48,453 nt of DNA from a virus (taxonomy: Duplodnaviria > Caudoviricetes). The position numbers and the translations under genes are program-made. Numbering within the stretch: the stretch's first letter is position 1; the number at the start of each line of letters is the position of its first letter. The stretch covers positions 1-48,453 of IMG/VR virus record IMGVR_UViG_3300028588_000033, one strand, 5' to 3'. Below, piece by piece: positions 45,726-48,453 of the stretch. The notes below the pieces were generated by a model, which did not search any database, was not told the origin of the DNA, and saw only the letters and a program-made list of their open reading frames with translations.

Positions 45726-46212
45726 CGGACTGGTCTGGAGTATTATTCCGGAGTTCCCCAACTACATGGTGAGCACTACGGGTCTTATTCTAAACCACAA
45801 AAGCGGGAGAGTGTTAAAGCAGTCAACCAACCGTAAGGGTCAGCGCTACGTTTGTCTGAGTCATAAGGGCGTAGCTAAGACGTTATACGTGAGTCGGTTG
45901 GTGGCTCAGGCGTATTTGCCCGGATACCGAGAAGATCTCCCAGTGCTGCATAAAGACCGGCTGGACGACAACTCGGTTAAGAACCTTCGGGTTGATATTG
46001 GTTACACACCTGGCCGGAAGCGTTGGGTGGTTATCAATGGGTTCGAGGATTACAAGATCAGTAGTAAGGGTGAAGTTAAGAACCGAGCAACTGGTCTAAT
46101 TCTCAAAACACATATGGACTCGCGGGGGACTAGGTCGCGAGTTAATATCTACAAGAACACTAAGATGTTCAACCTGTACGTGGAAGACCTACTCAAAGCC
46201 GCGTTTGGCTGA
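45709..46212 (+). CDS. NUMOD4/HNH endonuclease-derived protein (two NUMOD4-like units)
   Basis: W..IP.FPNY.VS..G and W..I.GFEDY.ISS.GEVKN; VSRLVA.AY, HKD..DNSV.NL. Confidence 0.7.
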   Translation: MNTLINGLVWSIIPEFPNYMVSTTGLILNHKSGRVLKQSTNRKGQRYVCLSHKGVAKTLYVSRLVAQAYLPGYREDLPVLHKDRLDDNSVKNLRVDIGYTPGRKRWVVINGFEDYKISSKGEVKNRATGLILKTHMDSRGTRSRVNIYKNTKMFNLYVEDLLKAAFG

Positions 46213-46436
46213 TGGATAGCAAACAGTGCACGTTTATGCATGGACCACATATTGGACACATGTGGTGGCAACAACCAGCAAACCAACCGGTTGCTGACTT
46301 TTACTATTGCGAGGGCGTAAAGAAATGAATGACACAAAGCAGTGTGGCGAACACTATGCACATGACTCACACTCGTTTGTGGGACAGGACACCTCTTCCA
46401 ACTCGATCGCCATTTTTCAATGCCCAGGGGTGAGAC

Positions 46437-46991
46437 GTGTTTAGGGGGCTGAAGCGCTGGCTTGGGTTTAAATCACCGTCTAGTGGTGTTGAGTACGAAA
46501 AGTCGGTAGCTAAGCTAAAAGCTAGTCAGGATATTGTCGATGAAGTAACCGACAAGACTAAGACCTTTTTCTACTACTGCTGTGAGAAATCAGATTCCAG
46601 TAAACATTCTATGAAGCTTGTGACTCGCGAAATGGTTGGCGAGGTCATGATGTATAAGTTTGCGTGTGCTTACTGCGACACTATTTACCAGAAGCCTTGC
46701 TGGCTCTACGGGCGAAAAGAAGATGTCGTTACTGGGTCCGCTATCTCAAACGCATGGGCATATTGCAACACAAGCGACGTGCACCGAGGACACTATTTTG
46801 TTGACTCGGATAAGGATACTAAGTTCTGTGCGGGTAACTTCATTCCTCGTGGAGAGATCATCAAACCGGGTATGTGTGCAAGTCTTGAAGATCATGAGGC
46901 GCACCTATATTTCTACGATAGAGCGGCTAACATCATCTACGAGTGTGGCGGTATCAAGAACGAAACCATGTTATCATACGTTGGGGACTAG
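46437..46991 (+). CDS. Cys/His-rich hypothetical protein
   Basis: Repeated C....H..H..C.G units. Confidence 0.6.
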   Translation: MFRGLKRWLGFKSPSSGVEYEKSVAKLKASQDIVDEVTDKTKTFFYYCCEKSDSSKHSMKLVTREMVGEVMMYKFACAYCDTIYQKPCWLYGRKEDVVTGSAISNAWAYCNTSDVHRGHYFVDSDKDTKFCAGNFIPRGEIIKPGMCASLEDHEAHLYFYDRAANIIYECGGIKNETMLSYVGD

Positions 46992-48248
46992 GTGGCAGTA
47001 GAGTTATATCCGCATCAGATTGAAGCACTAGGTAAACTCCACAACGGATCTGTATTGAAAGGAGGTGTTGGAACTGGAAAGTCAAGAACCGCACTTGCGT
47101 ACTATTATAAGGACTGTGATGGTACCGTTCCTATCAACGGACGGGGTGAAGTTCGTCCCATGCGGCGTCCTAGAGACCTATACATCATCACTACAGCCAA
47201 AAAACGGGATGGACTCGAATGGGAAGATGAGGCTATGGCTTTCCGTTTGTTCTCAAACCCCGAGTTCAATCTTAACGGGACTCGTCTCATCGTTGACTCT
47301 TGGAACAACGTACCCAACTACGCTGACATCAAGGATGCGTTTTTCATTTTCGACGAGCAGCGACTTGTTGGTGCAGGAGCTTGGGTCAAGGCTTTCCTCA
47401 AAATTGCCGCAGCTAACCGATGGATCGTTTTATCGGCCACTCCAGGAGACACTTGGATGGACTACGTTCCGATATTTATCGCCAATGGATTTTACAAGAA
47501 TCGCACAGCGTTCTCTACTCAACACGTGGTTTACAAAAGATTCTCGAAGTTCCCGCAAATTGAGCGTTACGTTGAAGTCCCTCGACTTGAGTGGCTCCGA
47601 TCCAGGATTCTTGTTGAGATGCCCTATATGTCGCACACAGTTCGACATGTTGAGCAATACCTGGTAGACTACCATAAGGAGAAATTCGAAAAGGTATGGA
47701 AAAAGCGCTGGCATATCTACGAAGAGCGGCCGCTCAAGGACGTTGGCGAGATGTTCTTGGTGGCAAGAAAGCTCGTAAACAGCGATCCGTCTCGCCTGGG
47801 AGCAGTGATGAAGCTTATGGAGAAGCACCCTCGCCTCATCATATTCTACAACTTCGATCACGAGCTGCAGGCATTACGTACTCTCAGTACGTCGACGGGT
47901 TGGCCGATGGCGGAGTGGAACGGACACAAGCACCAAGAGATTCCGGAGACTGAAAAGTGGCTATATCTGGTACAGTACACAGCTGGTGCGGAGGGGTGGA
48001 ACTGTATAACGACCAATGCGATTGTATTCTATTCCCTGAACTATTCATGGAAGATCAACGAGCAGGCCAAGGGACGGATCGATCGGATGAACACCCCGTA
48101 CGTCGATCTATATTACTACATCCTACGTTCCAGCTCACTGATCGATCAGGCAATCACACGAAGTCTTAAACTCAAGAAGAACTTTAACGAAAAGGAGTTG
48201 GATGATGGAAGTAGATGGGAACAGCAGGACTACGCTAAGGCCGCATGA
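46992..48248 (+). CDS. Superfamily 2 (SNF2/DEAD-like) DNA helicase
   Basis: LYPHQ, GVGTGKS, FDEQ, LSATP, AEGWN, QAKGRIDR. Confidence 0.9.
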   Translation: MAVELYPHQIEALGKLHNGSVLKGGVGTGKSRTALAYYYKDCDGTVPINGRGEVRPMRRPRDLYIITTAKKRDGLEWEDEAMAFRLFSNPEFNLNGTRLIVDSWNNVPNYADIKDAFFIFDEQRLVGAGAWVKAFLKIAAANRWIVLSATPGDTWMDYVPIFIANGFYKNRTAFSTQHVVYKRFSKFPQIERYVEVPRLEWLRSRILVEMPYMSHTVRHVEQYLVDYHKEKFEKVWKKRWHIYEERPLKDVGEMFLVARKLVNSDPSRLGAVMKLMEKHPRLIIFYNFDHELQALRTLSTSTGWPMAEWNGHKHQEIPETEKWLYLVQYTAGAEGWNCITTNAIVFYSLNYSWKINEQAKGRIDRMNTPYVDLYYYILRSSSLIDQAITRSLKLKKNFNEKELDDGSRWEQQDYAKAA

Positions 48249-48453
48249 CCCGCATACATATGCGCATGACCCGATATTCGCAGACCCGGTTTGCCACTGC
48301 GGTTGGTTCAAAGACACCAGTGCGCACACAGATCGATCTACAATAAGCGCTGAGTTGGATCACAAGTACCTCTCCGGAGCTGGCCATATCCTCTATGAGC
48401 GGATCCGTGTCATCGAGGAAGAGGGTTACTCTAAAGAGGGTGATCGAGGCCGT

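Overview
About 48 kb of a tailed dsDNA phage (siphovirus), with essentially all genes on the + strand. The host is probably actinobacterial, inferred from GAAAGGA-type RBSs, a DUF3039-like gene, an LAxTG wall anchor and a short-variable-arm tRNA-Leu(TAA). No integrase or repressor is visible. Gene order: tail module (beta-helix tailspike, tail completion protein, tape measure, Dit-like and baseplate proteins, holin; 56-8972); array of small-gene cassettes (8964-18432, one more at 34656); conserved early/middle genes; a 1295-aa SF3 helicase + AEP primase + family-B polymerase fusion (23473-27360); surface protein, SSB and PnuC-like genes; nine tandem small paralogues (31435-34536, two more at 38808-39484); tRNA/structured-RNA region with an RNA ligase-like gene and EndoVII; thyX, nucleotide-pool enzymes, NUMOD/HNH and an SF2 helicase. 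The main unexplained system is a set of 13 units led by a conserved TCGCAnGAATCACACGnCTTATA(A/G)TGA element. Eleven carry an RBS, a small (mostly membrane) ORF and a terminator hairpin whose stem covaries while the loop usually keeps (C/T)TCACAC. The same TCACAC core recurs in perfect inverted repeats. Other leads are several candidate structured RNAs, a tRNA-like element with an abnormal anticodon loop and a strand-biased ATATT motif. All family names come from recalled motifs; no database search was run.
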